Below, piece by piece: positions 10,201 to 23,095 of a stretch of 64,000 nt of DNA. The notes under the pieces are model-generated. The model was not told where the DNA came from. It saw only the letters and a list, made by a program, of their open reading frames with translations, and ran no database searches. The DNA is from Candidatus Pacebacteria bacterium RIFOXYA1_FULL_38_18. Its GTDB lineage: Bacteria > Patescibacteriota > Microgenomatia > UBA1400 > PJMF01. The position numbers and the translations under genes were made by a program. The stretch's first letter is position 1, and each line of letters starts with the position of its first letter. The stretch is from assembly GCA_001787405.1 (NCBI GenBank), contig MFWV01000007.1, positions 15,694-79,693 on the forward strand. Reading direction: 5' to 3'.

Positions 10201-10761
10201 ATGTCTGGTCATAGTAAATGGAGTACTATCAAACACAAAAAAGCGGCCACCGACGCAGTCAAAGGCAAGATTTTTGGTCAATTGTCACGCCAAATCAGGG
10301 TAGCTACCAAAGAAGGGGGATCAGGAGATCCTCAGCTCAATGCAGCTTTGCGCACTGTTTTGGAAAAAGCCAGATCAGAAAACTTGCCCAAAGACAAAAT
10401 CACCAAAGCCATCAATGCTGGTTTGGGCAAAGGCACTGGCGGGGAAATGCGGGAAATTGTTTATGAGGGGTTTGGTCAAGGCGGAATTGGTTTCTTGGCT
10501 GTGGTGGTAACTGATAATGCCAATCGCACCACTTCAGAAGTCAAAAATATTTTCAATAAATTCCAGGGCTCAGTAGGTTCTCCTGGCTCAGTGGCCTACA
10601 TGTTTGTCAGAAATCCAGAGGGTGGTTATATTTGTACTATGCCGATGACAGTGGCGGACTCAGCTCAGCAAAAAGCTTTGCAAAACTTGATGAATGAACT
10701 GAGAGAAAATGATGATGTTGAGGAAGTTTTTTGTTCAGGAGAATGGCCAGAGAAAGAGTAG
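10201..10761 (+). CDS. YebC/PmpR (TACO1) family transcriptional regulatory protein, short 186-aa form
   Basis: MSGHSKWSTIKHKKAATDAVKGKIF... is the hallmark N-terminus of the YebC family. Confidence 0.85.
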   Translation: MSGHSKWSTIKHKKAATDAVKGKIFGQLSRQIRVATKEGGSGDPQLNAALRTVLEKARSENLPKDKITKAINAGLGKGTGGEMREIVYEGFGQGGIGFLAVVVTDNANRTTSEVKNIFNKFQGSVGSPGSVAYMFVRNPEGGYICTMPMTVADSAQQKALQNLMNELRENDDVEEVFCSGEWPEKE

Positions 10762-10812
10762 GGGACTACTTGAAGAAAATCGGTTTAATTAGAATAAAAT
10801 ATTGAAAACTTT

Positions 10813-11580
10813 ATGCGCCGAAGAGAAAAATTTGTTTTTGCTGCTACTTTGCTGAGTTTGGGATTATTATTAATCCAATATTTTGGAGTGGAGTGGCGCT
10901 ATTGGGCTTTTGCTATTTTTATGATTACTACTTATTTTGTTTCAGCTTGGGCGTTGACTGATGATTTACAACCCCATGAATGGTTGACTATTTTGCCTTT
11001 CCCTGCCTTGTACGCTGGATCGGTTTCTTTATTTTACTTTTTGCTACCTAGTGCATTTTTGACTAGAGTTTTAATTTTAGCTTTATTTGGTGTTGGAATG
11101 TATGGCTTATTTCTTACCAGTAACATTTTTTCAGTTGCCAAAGGTCGTACCATTCAGTTATTGTATGCTGCCCATGCTGTAGGCTTGTTTTTCACCCTTT
11201 TTACCTCCATGCTGTTCACCAATGCTATTTTTTCCTTAAAATTGCCTTTTTACACCAATGGTGTCCTAGTTGGTCTAATTCATTTTCCTCTGATTCTAAT
11301 GAGTTTGTGGTCGATTAAACTGGAACCATTAATTAGTCGTGCAATCTGGAGTTTTTCTTTATTGCTGACCTTGTTATTGATTGAACTAGTAATTTTGTTT
11401 TCACTTTTACCTTTGCCGGCTTGGCATGTGGCCTTATTTGTAATGGGCTTTTTGTATATTGGTTTGGGCGTGTTACAGAGTCAAATTAGAGAGCGACTAT
11501 TTCAAAATACAGCCAATGAGTATTCATTGGTGGCCATTTTCTTGGGCTTAATCTTCTTGATTTTATTTCCGTGGAAATAA
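10813..11580 (+). CDS. hypothetical polytopic membrane protein
   Basis: About 7 hydrophobic helices over 255 aa; no family recognised. Confidence 0.4.
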   Translation: MRRREKFVFAATLLSLGLLLIQYFGVEWRYWAFAIFMITTYFVSAWALTDDLQPHEWLTILPFPALYAGSVSLFYFLLPSAFLTRVLILALFGVGMYGLFLTSNIFSVAKGRTIQLLYAAHAVGLFFTLFTSMLFTNAIFSLKLPFYTNGVLVGLIHFPLILMSLWSIKLEPLISRAIWSFSLLLTLLLIELVILFSLLPLPAWHVALFVMGFLYIGLGVLQSQIRERLFQNTANEYSLVAIFLGLIFLILFPWK

Positions 11581-11651
11581 AAATACTCGTTTTCAATGAG
11601 GCTTCAAGATTTTTGGGGCCTGATCAGTGTTGCTTGAGTTTTAATCACTGT

Positions 11652-11680
11652 TTTTTTAGCCTGGTATCCAGGCTAAAAAA
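11652..11680. repeat. 29-bp perfect palindrome TTTTTTAGCCTGG-TAT-CCAGGCTAAAAAA
   Basis: Read directly. Thirteen-bp arms flank a 3-bp centre. It shares the AGCCTGG/CCAGGCT core with the palindrome at 12066. Confidence 0.6.
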
Positions 11681-12065
11681 TAAGAGTGGAGGAGGCCAGA
11701 AGTAGCCAGATTAGGGTGATTAGGTTTGGTTTCGGAATTGGTTAGTCTTGAGTGTCCTTCAAGAGACTTGGTAGTTAAAAGAAATCAATTAAAAACATTT
11801 TTCAAGATTTAAAAATTAAATTAAGCTTAAAAATAGGGAAGTGTGAAGCGAAAAAAAGGGTGCCCATCCAGATAGGGAAGAGAATAATGATATAGTTTGA
11901 TACATTGTGGAAAACTCTAATAAATTATAGGATTTCTCGTGAAAATATTATAGGATCGTTATTCTAGCGTACCAGGCTAAATGATATAGTTTTATGCAGT
12001 TTCTTGGTTGTATATACCCAGTATTTGCAAGAATAATTTAAGGTCCATAGCCTGGAAGAGAGTTG

Positions 12066-12094
12066 GCATGTCCAGGCTTATAGCCTGGACATGC
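12066..12094. repeat. 29-bp perfect palindrome GCATGTCCAGGCT-TAT-AGCCTGGACATGC; candidate recombinase (dif-like) or regulator site
   Basis: Read directly. A partial third copy (ATAGCCTGGA) lies at 12048-12057. It sits about 1.1 kb upstream of the Xer-like recombinase gene. Confidence 0.5.
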
Positions 12095-13146
12095 CTGAAT
12101 ATTAGTCATCAGTCGATTGGAGAAGAAGAACACAAAAAACCCGAATGACCGTTTTTGGCCGGTTTGAAAGGATCGCTATCTGGCACGAGAGAAGTATCTT
12201 TAAAGGAAAACTAATAAAGATAAATATTTGTACAAAAAGAGAGTGGCAGGGTACTCTCACTCCCTTTTGCTTTATCCTCAATCTCTCTAACTGACTATGT
12301 CGCACAATATAACTTTTACGACGTAATGTCAGGCTAAAACTGAAAAGCGCAAATTTCACTATTTTAATATTCTTTGACTATTATCTTGATTTATCCGATC
12401 TTTACTCTGAATTGGTTTCTTATTGCTTCTCTTCTTCTTATTAATTTATTAATTAATGATGGAGCTTGGCAAATTTCTTGAGGTTTATATCTGGTTTTAC
12501 TTGATTTATCTTTGAGTGAATATTCTGACAAAATCTTTACCAATTGAGCAATTTATCAGTGGCTTATTGAGGGGTTCAAGTTTCAAAATCAGCTTTAGAA
12601 ACCCAGCCAAACCATGTGAACGTTTTTGAAACAAAAGATTGATATATCAATCTAATTTTCTTCAATGATAGATAGATCGTTTTTAATAAAAAAAGCCGTT
12701 TTTGAGCTATTAGAACGGCTCAAAAAACTTTGGTCGGTAAGGATTGAGTTGGCGATCAGATCGACAATCAGCTGAAGTCAAATTTGACAAATTTATTGTA
12801 AGTAAAATTTGGATGAGTTTCGATAAAACTTAATTAGCAAAACATTGATTGATTGTTAATTAATCGTTTTTTGAAAAACAGTTTGAATTTTTATTAAGCG
12901 AAAGATTCTTTGAATTAAATAATTTACAATCAGACTCTCGGCTTTTATTAAAAAGTCTCTTGAGAAAGCCAAAGTCCGTTTTTACTTAAAAGTTACGATC
13001 GATCAAACTTGGGAATCTCAGATGCATAAAGGAATTAAAATTGATTTATCAGGACTTTTAAGCGATTTTGGCTTTTAGCAGTAATTTAACTGCTCTGACA
13101 ATGACTTATAGTATCTCAACTAATTTTCAAGCAATTTTTCTCGACT

Positions 13147-13175
13147 TTGACTATACTCAGTTTTTCTTTTACGAT
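13147..13175 (+). promoter_or_regulatory. candidate sigma70 promoter TTGACT, 17-bp spacer, TACGAT, for the Xer-like gene
   Basis: Hexamers and spacing read directly. A GAGAGGAG RBS precedes the ATG at 13187. Confidence 0.35.
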
Positions 13176-13186
13176 GAGAGGAGCCT

Positions 13187-14125
13187 ATGGCAATTACTAC
13201 TTCTCCATCCCCTGCTTTGATCGAATTCCTCGAGTCACTCGAAGTAGAGCGCAATCTCTCCCCTCTTACTTTGCGCAACTATCATCATTATTTACGTCGT
13301 TTTATTGATTGGTTTACCAATCAGGGCCATCATGACCTCAAGGAGCTCGACAGAGATATCTTGAGGAAATATCGAGTTTTTCTCTCTAGATATTCAGATG
13401 AACAAGGCAGAACTTTATCCAAAAAAACCCAGAGTTATCATATTATTTCTCTGCGCTCTTGGTTTAAGTGGTTGACCAAGAATGATGCTGAAGTCTTAAA
13501 CTCCGAAAAAATAGAGTTGCCCAAGGCAGAATCAACACCGATGAAGTTTGTTTCTGCCGAGAAGATTCAGCGCCTACTCAATGAACCTGATCTGAGCAAA
13601 CCCAAGGGCTTGCGAGATCGGGCTATTTTGGAAGTGCTTTTTTCGACCGGCTTGCGGGTTAGTGAATTAGTTGGCCTCAATCAAGATCAAATCGACCTTA
13701 ATCGACGAGAATTTGGAGTGATTGGTAAAGGTCGCCGGCCCAGAGTGGTATTTTTGAGCGATGAAGCGGCCGATTGGCTGACTCGCTGGCTCAACACGCG
13801 TCAAGATAATTGGCGGCCAGTCTTCACTCGCTTTTCTGGGAAGAAACCAGACCTTTTGGCTGATGGTGAGGAGATGCGTTTGACGACTAGAAGCGTGCAG
13901 AGATTGGTAGATAGATATAGTCGGAGAGCTCGCCTGCCCATCAAGCTATCACCTCACGGCATTCGTCATAGTTTTGCTACGGATTTACTGAGTAATGGTG
14001 CTGGCTTGAGAGATGTTCAAGAAATGTTGGGTCATAAAAACATTGCCACTACTCAGATTTACACCCACGTTACTCAGCCCCAACTGCGCAAAGTTCATGA
14101 GAAGCATCACTCAAAGACACATTAG
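13187..14125 (+). CDS. XerC/XerD-family tyrosine site-specific recombinase
   Basis: N-terminal core-binding domain (LSPLTLRNYHHYLRRF). The catalytic region has RDRAILEVLFSTGLRVSE, HGIRHSFAT and LGHKNIATTQIYTHV (R...H-x-x-R...Y). Confidence 0.8.
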   Translation: MAITTSPSPALIEFLESLEVERNLSPLTLRNYHHYLRRFIDWFTNQGHHDLKELDRDILRKYRVFLSRYSDEQGRTLSKKTQSYHIISLRSWFKWLTKNDAEVLNSEKIELPKAESTPMKFVSAEKIQRLLNEPDLSKPKGLRDRAILEVLFSTGLRVSELVGLNQDQIDLNRREFGVIGKGRRPRVVFLSDEAADWLTRWLNTRQDNWRPVFTRFSGKKPDLLADGEEMRLTTRSVQRLVDRYSRRARLPIKLSPHGIRHSFATDLLSNGAGLRDVQEMLGHKNIATTQIYTHVTQPQLRKVHEKHHSKTH

Positions 14126-14546
14126 TTACTATTGGTTTATATTTAAAGATATAAAAATAGTGAAAGATAACTTATAATAGCTTTCTATTTTGATAAAGTG
14201 AGATTGATTAACTTATTTTTCTTCTTAAATACATCAGAAAGTATCAAAATTGGAGTAAGATCCCTGTTTAACTGACAAATTACTTACAGGATCTTAGCAG
14301 TATCTATCAATCTCTGCTAAAAACTAATTTTGAGTTTAAAGATTGTTGTATCAATCTAAATTTATACTATTTTTATAAAGCTCTTTGTCAAAAACTTTAT
14401 AATTTTCTTATTTTTCCGGTTGTTAACAATATATTAGAACAGATCAAAGCCAATCAATTTTGATTGAATAAAGTTTGCAAAATTTGCTTGGAGACGATGA
14501 TATTTGCTAACCAAAATGATACAATCGGCAACGTTAAACTCAAAAT

Positions 14547-14623
14547 GGGCCTGTGGCGCAGTTGGCTAGCGCGTCTGTATGGCATACAGAAGGTCAGGGG
14601 TTCGAGCCCCCTCAGGTCCACCA
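14547..14623 (+). tRNA. tRNA-Ala (anticodon GGC), with encoded CCA
   Basis: Cloverleaf folded by hand. The acceptor stem GGGCCUG/CAGGUCC carries a G3:U70 pair, the Ala identity element. The anticodon stem is UCUGU/ACAGA with loop AUGGCAU. The T-loop is GGTTCGAGCC and a 3' CCA is encoded. Confidence 0.8.
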
Positions 14624-14694
14624 TTGGATGATCTTGATTGGATTATTAATTTTTCTTGATTAAATTATTGATTGGTTTTAGATTGGGAAAAACC

Positions 14695-17490
14695 TTATTT
14701 TTCTTCACCTTCTCCCAGTTCGGAAGTTAGAGCGACGGCTACGACCGGATTATCATCTTTGAGTTTCATTAGGATTACTCCCTGGGTTGGTCTAGTCAGA
14801 ACAGGAATGGATTTCTTGCTAATTGGCAGTTTAATGGTTTGACCATCTTGAGTGCTGATGACCAATTCACGATGTTGATCAGTCAAGACTCGTGCAGAAG
14901 CAACTTTGCCGGTTTTTTTGGTAATTTCCGAGACTTTTACACCTAGTCCAGAGCGTTTTTGCACTGGGTAGTGTTTGAGTTGAGTACGTTTACCCAAGCC
15001 GTTTTCCGTGACGATGAGTAATGAAGTTTTTTCCAAATGATCTTTGTTATCTGGAAAAGCCTCTACTCCCACTACAAAATCACCTTTTTTGAGAGTAATG
15101 CCTTTAACACCCTTGGTATCTCTTTGAGAAGACTTTACTTCTTCTTCGCTAAAGCGAATTGATTTTCCGTCATGAGTAATGAGCATTAAGTGATCTTTGC
15201 CTGAAGTAACTCGACCCCAAACCAATTCATCGCCGTTATTGAGAGTGATGGCTACGATACCATTTTGACGAATGTTGTCGTAAAGCTTGACAGCGGTTTT
15301 TTTGACCAATCCTTCACGAGTGGCCAAAGTAATGAAATGCTCGGCGTCCTTTTCTGGATTAACAACCAGTACGGAGCGGATGCTTTCTTCTGGTTGGAGA
15401 TTCAATAAATTGACAATGGCTGTACCCTTTGCCTGTCTGGAGGCTTCTGGGATTTCATAAGTTCTGGTGCGGAAGACTCTGCCTTGATTGGTAAATAACA
15501 AGAGTGTGTCATGAGTATTACAACTGATGATGGCTTGCAAGACATCTTCTTCTTTCATTTTAAGTCCGGCACTCCCCTTTCCTCCTCTGGATTGGGAACG
15601 TAGCGCACTCGGGTTCATTCGTTTAATGTAGCCACTTTCAGTTAGAGTAATGACCGCTCCTTCATTGGCTACCAAATCTTCTTCGCTAAATTCACCGATT
15701 TTTCCTCTGACTAGTTTAGTCAAACGTTCATCACCATAGGTTTTGATGGTTTCTTGAGTTTCATCAATAATGACATTGAGAATATCTTGAGGAGAAGTTA
15801 GCAGAATGAGTAATTGATCCATCCGTTCTTTGATGGTTTTATATTCATCTTCAATTTTCTGTCGCTCCAGAGCAGCTAAGCGTTTTAGTTGCATTTCCAA
15901 AATAGCCGTTGCTTGTAGCTCGCTTAGTGCAAATTTCTTCATCAATGCTTCGCGAGCGGTGTCGGTGTCTTTGGATTTTTTGATGGTTTCGATTACATCA
16001 TCCAAGTTTTTTAAGGCAATCAATAGGCCTTCTAAAATATGAGCGCGACTTCTGGCTTCTGACAATTCAAATTGACTGCGTCTGACGATGACTAATTGAC
16101 GGTGGATGATATATTCGCGCAAAACTTGGCGCAAATTCATCAACTGTGGTGTGCCGTCGGAATTAAGAGCCACCATGTTCATTGAGAAAGTGCTTTGTAG
16201 CTCGGAATATTTAAAAAGTTTATTAAGAACTACTTTGGGTCGAGAAGCACGATTGAGTTCAATAACCATGCGCATACCGGTTCGATCCGATTCATCGCGC
16301 AAATTTCTAATACCTTCTATTTTTTTGTTTTTGACCAGATCAGCAATTTTCATCAAAAGCCGAGCTTTGTTAACTTGATATGGTAGTTCGGTCACTACGA
16401 TCTTGAAGTTATTTTTGCTATCTTCTTCAATATTGGCTTTGGCTCGGACCACGATTCTGCCTTTGCCAGTGCGATAGGCTTCCTGAATTTCTTTGAAGTT
16501 ATACATGATGCCCGCTGTGGGAAAGTCTGGTCCTTGAATGTGAGTCATCAGGGTTTCAAACTCTATCTCACTATTAAATTCTCCAGCCAAACTAATCGGT
16601 TCGACTGCTAGCACGGTATCAATGGCTTTGTTGTTTGCCAGTTCTGGTCCGGTAGTAGCGGATTTATTAGTTTTTTTCAAAGCCTCGGTTGGCAGAATAG
16701 GTTCTTCCACTTTTGCTTTGCCCTCTTGGATCATGGCTATAATGGCATTGCTGATTTCGATTAAGTTGTGCGGTGGGATCTTGGTTGCCATACCCACAGC
16801 AATACCCTCTGAACCCATTAGTAATAAATTGGGCAAACGAGTGGGAAGAACGGATGGTTCTTGGAGTGAGCCATCAAAATTATCGACAAACGGGACGGTA
16901 TTTTTATTGATATCAGCTAATAATTCTGTAGAGATTTTGGCTAGTCTAGCCTCGGTGTAACGCATAGCAGCGGGACTATCTCCGTCTACAGAACCAAAGT
17001 TTCCTTGTCCATCAACCAAAGGATAGCGCATGCTAAATTCTTGAGCCAAACGAACCATGGCCATATATACGGATGAATCGCCGTGGGGGTGATATTTACC
17101 CAAGACGTCTCCCACGATTCTGGCAGACTTTTTATAGGCGCTGCCAGGCGTGATGCCACTCTTGAACATGGAGTATAAAATGCGTCGGTGGACCGGCTTC
17201 ATGCCGTCTCTGACATCTGGCAGCGCCCGAGAAACAATCACACTCATGGCGTAATCCAGATATGATTTCTCCATTTCGGTCACGATCGAAGTATGCTTTA
17301 CGTTGCCATAACGAGTTTTTTCGATCGAACCCATCAAATGACCATTGGTTGGAGCAGTCTCTTCGTTTTCACTCTCCGTTTGCTCAATCAACTCGGCCTG
17401 CTCATCAGATGAATCGAGCTCTTGACTTATGGAGTCAACCGAATCTGAGTCTTGTTCTGCTGGAATTAATTTATCTTTTTCATCTGCCAT
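14695..17490 (-). CDS. gyrA: DNA gyrase subunit A
   Basis: [41 protein letters not shown]..., including the active-site Tyr region. There is an acidic N-terminal extension and C-terminal beta-pinwheel repeats. Confidence 0.9.
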   Translation of the reverse strand: MADEKDKLIPAEQDSDSVDSISQELDSSDEQAELIEQTESENEETAPTNGHLMGSIEKTRYGNVKHTSIVTEMEKSYLDYAMSVIVSRALPDVRDGMKPVHRRILYSMFKSGITPGSAYKKSARIVGDVLGKYHPHGDSSVYMAMVRLAQEFSMRYPLVDGQGNFGSVDGDSPAAMRYTEARLAKISTELLADINKNTVPFVDNFDGSLQEPSVLPTRLPNLLLMGSEGIAVGMATKIPPHNLIEISNAIIAMIQEGKAKVEEPILPTEALKKTNKSATTGPELANNKAIDTVLAVEPISLAGEFNSEIEFETLMTHIQGPDFPTAGIMYNFKEIQEAYRTGKGRIVVRAKANIEEDSKNNFKIVVTELPYQVNKARLLMKIADLVKNKKIEGIRNLRDESDRTGMRMVIELNRASRPKVVLNKLFKYSELQSTFSMNMVALNSDGTPQLMNLRQVLREYIIHRQLVIVRRSQFELSEARSRAHILEGLLIALKNLDDVIETIKKSKDTDTAREALMKKFALSELQATAILEMQLKRLAALERQKIEDEYKTIKERMDQLLILLTSPQDILNVIIDETQETIKTYGDERLTKLVRGKIGEFSEEDLVANEGAVITLTESGYIKRMNPSALRSQSRGGKGSAGLKMKEEDVLQAIISCNTHDTLLLFTNQGRVFRTRTYEIPEASRQAKGTAIVNLLNLQPEESIRSVLVVNPEKDAEHFITLATREGLVKKTAVKLYDNIRQNGIVAITLNNGDELVWGRVTSGKDHLMLITHDGKSIRFSEEEVKSSQRDTKGVKGITLKKGDFVVGVEAFPDNKDHLEKTSLLIVTENGLGKRTQLKHYPVQKRSGLGVKVSEITKKTGKVASARVLTDQHRELVISTQDGQTIKLPISKKSIPVLTRPTQGVILMKLKDDNPVVAVALTSELGEGEEK

Positions 17491-17492
17491 AA

Positions 17493-18434
17493 TTATGCTA
17501 AAGCCTTTTCAATTGCTGGGGCAATTTCCTTTTTACGCGATAATTTGGAACCGATATCTAGAGTGTGATCTTTTACCTGACCACCAAATGCTTTTTCTGC
17601 TACCCGCGCTTCTTCTTCACCCAGAATTAATAAAATAGTGTTTACTTTGAGAATATCAGTGATGGCTACAAACAATAACTCTACGCCCTCGGCTTCTTTA
17701 GTTTTCTGCATGGCTTTGAGTAATGAATCTTTTTTGTTGTTCAAGATTGAATCTTGTTCGACTGTTTCCAACTGATCAATAAAGGTTTTTTTATTAAACT
17801 CAAAGATTTTAAAGTCATTGCGCACGATTTGTTCATCGGTTAGTGAAGAAATATCTGATTTTGCTTTGAAAATTTCCAAAGTAAAGGCCTCTACATCTTT
17901 GATGCCAGCCAGGTTTGCCAACTCAGCTCCAAACTTGCGATCTTTATCGGTGGTGGTTGGTGACTTGTAGCCCACGGTATCAGAAAGAATGGCGGCCAGC
18001 ATCAAACCAGCCAGTTTAGCTTCGGGCATAATGCCTTGTTGTTTCATGAAGTAGTAAATAATGGTACTGGTCGAACCCCAGACTTTAAAATTGAGAAAAA
18101 TGGGTTGACCAAGATTGAGCTGTGGTTTGTGATGATCAATGATTTCGACGATTTGTTCTGGATTTAAACCACCCAAACGTTGATAATTTTCATTATGATC
18201 CACCAAAACCACTTGGTCTTCTGGTTTGATTTGATCAGCCGTGATTTGTGGTGGTATTTCAAGCTCAAATTTTTCAAATAAAAACTTTGTTTCTGGATTG
18301 AGAGGATCAGCAATCACTGCCAAAGCATTGGGACGAAGAAAAGTTTCATCTTTCTGAAAAAGATGAGCCGTAGCCATAGCAGCAACTACGGAATCTGTAT
18401 CTGGCTTGGTGTGACCGATGATATATGTTTTCAT
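17493..18434 (-). CDS. ppaC: DHH-family phosphoesterase, most like family II (Mn-dependent) inorganic pyrophosphatase
   Basis: N-terminal [19 protein letters not shown], plus DHN and DHHK motifs and a DHHA2-like C-terminal half. A NrnA-type nanoRNase is an alternative. Confidence 0.6.
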   Translation of the reverse strand: MKTYIIGHTKPDTDSVVAAMATAHLFQKDETFLRPNALAVIADPLNPETKFLFEKFELEIPPQITADQIKPEDQVVLVDHNENYQRLGGLNPEQIVEIIDHHKPQLNLGQPIFLNFKVWGSTSTIIYYFMKQQGIMPEAKLAGLMLAAILSDTVGYKSPTTTDKDRKFGAELANLAGIKDVEAFTLEIFKAKSDISSLTDEQIVRNDFKIFEFNKKTFIDQLETVEQDSILNNKKDSLLKAMQKTKEAEGVELLFVAITDILKVNTILLILGEEEARVAEKAFGGQVKDHTLDIGSKLSRKKEIAPAIEKALA

Positions 18435-18461
18435 ATTGGTTGATTAATAATTAATAATAGT

Positions 18462-20501
<2,040 letters not shown>

Positions 20502-20545
20502 TTATTTGTATCATATTCTAGGCAGAATTTGAAGAGAGTGATAGC

Positions 20546-21319
20546 CTAAGTTGTAGTTAATTGTTTTATAGTAAAAAAAGCGTGCTCTAGAACTAGTTTC
20601 ACATTACCATTTTTTTCCAATGAATCAAGAGCAGACAGTAATTGTTGAGTGATTTTGGGTTGCAAATTCAAAGAATTATGAAGAGATATTTCATTCAAAA
20701 GGGAGTGTAATGTTTGTTTAGCAGTATCTAGTTCCTGCAATTGTTCTGCCAAGGCAATTAAAGCACTATATTGAAAACTGTCAGGGTTGCTCAAAAACTC
20801 TTGCACTTGTTGAAGTTTTTGAAGTAGCTCTGTTTCTGTTTGTTGGGTTGCATCAATCTGATCCGCATCTTCAGCCGAAATTCCGGTGAGAGCAGTCGAA
20901 TCAGCTTCGGCCGACCAAATAATTTCTCTACAACGAGAAGATAGAGTGGGTAGTAATTGATGACCTGGATTGGTAACCAAAATAATTTGTGTATGAGCTG
21001 GCGGTTCTTCCACGATTTTTAAGAGAGCATTTTGCGCCGGTAGGCTGGCATTTTGCACAGCGCAAACGACGATCACTTGTGGTTCGGTTTTGGCTCTGGC
21101 AAAGCTAGCGTGTTGCAGTAGTTCCCTGACAGTGTCTATTTTCAGAGTTTCTTCTTGTTCATTAAAAAAAATTGGTTGAGTTTTTTGATGTTGATCATTT
21201 AAAAAAGCTAGCGCTGCAACACGATGATTGTTCTTCTCTGGTATGATCAACAAAATTGATATAGAAGAATCTGGTACTAAATCTTTCTTTTGCATAATGT
21301 TTCTGTCATTATATGACAT
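20546..21319 (-). CDS. holB: DNA polymerase III delta-prime-like clamp-loader subunit, short form
   Basis: ALLKIVEEPP and SRC sensor motifs characteristic of delta'/tau AAA+ clamp-loader subunits. Confidence 0.55.
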   Translation of the reverse strand: MSYNDRNIMQKKDLVPDSSISILLIIPEKNNHRVAALAFLNDQHQKTQPIFFNEQEETLKIDTVRELLQHASFARAKTEPQVIVVCAVQNASLPAQNALLKIVEEPPAHTQIILVTNPGHQLLPTLSSRCREIIWSAEADSTALTGISAEDADQIDATQQTETELLQKLQQVQEFLSNPDSFQYSALIALAEQLQELDTAKQTLHSLLNEISLHNSLNLQPKITQQLLSALDSLEKNGNVKLVLEHAFFTIKQLTTT

Positions 21320-21325
21320 AGAGTT

Positions 21326-23095
21326 ATGAATGAACCTGCCCAGAATTCACCAGGTAGTATTGCTGTTACACCACAGAGCTTTGTGGATGTTTTGGTAAGT
21401 GAAGGCAAATTAACTACTGAGCAAGCTGTCCAGCTTCGCAACGACCAGTTCCAATCCGGTAGATCGTATGAAGAACTAATGCTTGAAAAGCAATTGGCTA
21501 CGGAACTGGATATTACTAAGGCCAAAGCTTCATTTAATAAAATTCCCTTTATCAATATCAGTGAAACGAGTGTTTCTCCAGAAGCAATGATTCTGATAGA
21601 CGAGAGTGTAGCCAAAAGATATAAAGCTCTGCCTTTTGCCTACGACAAGGCCAATCGAATTTTAAAAATAGCCATGGTAGATCCTCTGGATTTATCAGCT
21701 ACCAATTTTTTAAAACAAAAAACTGGTCTAAATTTGGAACTTCATTATGCTGTGCCCTCAGAATTAAAAAGAGCTTTGAATGAACGCTATTCTCAAGATA
21801 TTTCTTCAGAAGTGACTGAAGCTTTGGAACAATCCGATCGTTCTTTGGGAGTGGCTGTCCAACAGCAGGCGCTCACTTCTCGCGCTGAGGTCGTCAGAGA
21901 TGCTCCCGTTAATAGGATCGTGGAAACTGTTTTGGATTTTGCTATTAAAGCCAGAGCTTCTGATGTGCATATTGAACCTCAGGCAGGCAGGACTAGAGTG
22001 CGTTACCGAATCGACGGTATTTTGATGGAAAAATTGATCTTACCCAGCACAGTGCATGATGCGGTAGTTTCCAGAATCAAGATTTTGGCCAAATTAAAAA
22101 TTGATGAACGACGAGTACCACAAGATGGTCGTTTTAATTATGTAGCCGAGACAAAAGACATTGATCTGCGTATTTCTACCATGCCCACTATTTATGGTGA
22201 AAAGGTAGTGATGCGGTTGTTGGAAAAAAATACTACGGTCCCCACTCTAGAAGAACTGGGTCTCACTGGTCTGGCTCTCAGAAATGTTCAAGAGAGCATA
22301 AAAGTACCTCGCGGTATTGTTTTAATAACAGGTCCCACTGGTTCTGGTAAAACCACGACACTTTACTCTATCTTGCATGAAATTAATTCTCCCAAAGTCA
22401 ATATTATGACGATCGAGGATCCAGTGGAGTATCAAATTACGGGAGTAAGTCAGGTTCAAGTCAATGCTCAAGCGGGACTTACTTTTGCGACCGGAATGAG
22501 ATCATTTTTACGGCAAGATCCAAACATCATCATGGTTGGAGAGGTGCGGGATACGGAAACGGCTGAGTTGGCTATTCAAGCTTCGCTGACTGGTCACTTA
22601 GTATTTTCTACACTGCACACTTCTTCAGCAGCTGGAGCGATACCTCGTTTACTAGATATGGGAGCAGAAGCTTTCCTACTCTCTTCTACGATTACTTTAA
22701 TTATGGCGCAACGGGTAGTGCGACGTATTAATCCTAAATATATAGAAGAATACACGCCTGACCCAGCATTGGCGGAAGATGTCAAACAAGTGTTGGGCAA
22801 TTGGTACACTCAGTGGTGCCAACAAAATAAAAAAGATCCCAATAAACTGACTTTATACAGACCGATTGAGAGTCGGCCAGCTGGCGAACTAGATTATTTG
22901 GGTAGAATCGGTATTTTTGAAGTTTTACCAGTTACTGAGCAAATTAGTCATCTAATTGCTACCAGCGCCAATGATGCAGAGATAGAAAAAATAGCTCTTC
23001 AAAACGGTATGCTCTTGATGAAACAAGATGGTTATTTGAAAGCCTTGTCTGGGATGACTACCATAGAAGAAGTTTTGAGAGTGGCAGAGGTATAA
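21326..23095 (+). CDS. pilB: type IV pilus assembly ATPase PilB (GspE family)
   Basis: N-terminal GSPII domain, a Walker A motif (GPTGSGKTT), Asp box, Walker B motif and His box typical of GspE/PilB. Confidence 0.85.
   Translation: MNEPAQNSPGSIAVTPQSFVDVLVSEGKLTTEQAVQLRNDQFQSGRSYEELMLEKQLATELDITKAKASFNKIPFINISETSVSPEAMILIDESVAKRYKALPFAYDKANRILKIAMVDPLDLSATNFLKQKTGLNLELHYAVPSELKRALNERYSQDISSEVTEALEQSDRSLGVAVQQQALTSRAEVVRDAPVNRIVETVLDFAIKARASDVHIEPQAGRTRVRYRIDGILMEKLILPSTVHDAVVSRIKILAKLKIDERRVPQDGRFNYVAETKDIDLRISTMPTIYGEKVVMRLLEKNTTVPTLEELGLTGLALRNVQESIKVPRGIVLITGPTGSGKTTTLYSILHEINSPKVNIMTIEDPVEYQITGVSQVQVNAQAGLTFATGMRSFLRQDPNIIMVGEVRDTETAELAIQASLTGHLVFSTLHTSSAAGAIPRLLDMGAEAFLLSSTITLIMAQRVVRRINPKYIEEYTPDPALAEDVKQVLGNWYTQWCQQNKKDPNKLTLYRPIESRPAGELDYLGRIGIFEVLPVTEQISHLIATSANDAEIEKIALQNGMLLMKQDGYLKALSGMTTIEEVLRVAEV

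Noticed and set aside
12102-12359. 85-aa minus-strand ORF inside the long non-coding region
   Set aside because: No RBS and no recognisable motifs. The AT-rich context makes a chance ORF likely.
11581-13186. Hypothesis that the ORF-free region is oriC
   Set aside because: Only weak, single-mismatch DnaA-box-like 9-mers were found, and dnaA/dnaN are not adjacent. Without whole-contig GC skew this cannot be supported. It is kept only as one of several possibilities in the findings.
14126-14546. Possibility that the Xer-like recombinase plus tRNA-Ala marks an integrated mobile element
   Set aside because: The recombinase has typical XerC/D housekeeping features. It lies 5' of the tRNA, whereas integrative elements normally lie beyond the tRNA 3' end with their integrase adjacent. 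No cargo genes, direct repeats of the tRNA 3' end or phage or plasmid genes were seen.
15830-17492. Multiple small plus-strand ORFs inside gyrA and gyrB (for example 15830..16042, 16106..16378, 16622..16960, 18916..19231)
   Set aside because: They are entirely embedded antisense within long, well-supported essential genes. They have no RBS and no motifs.
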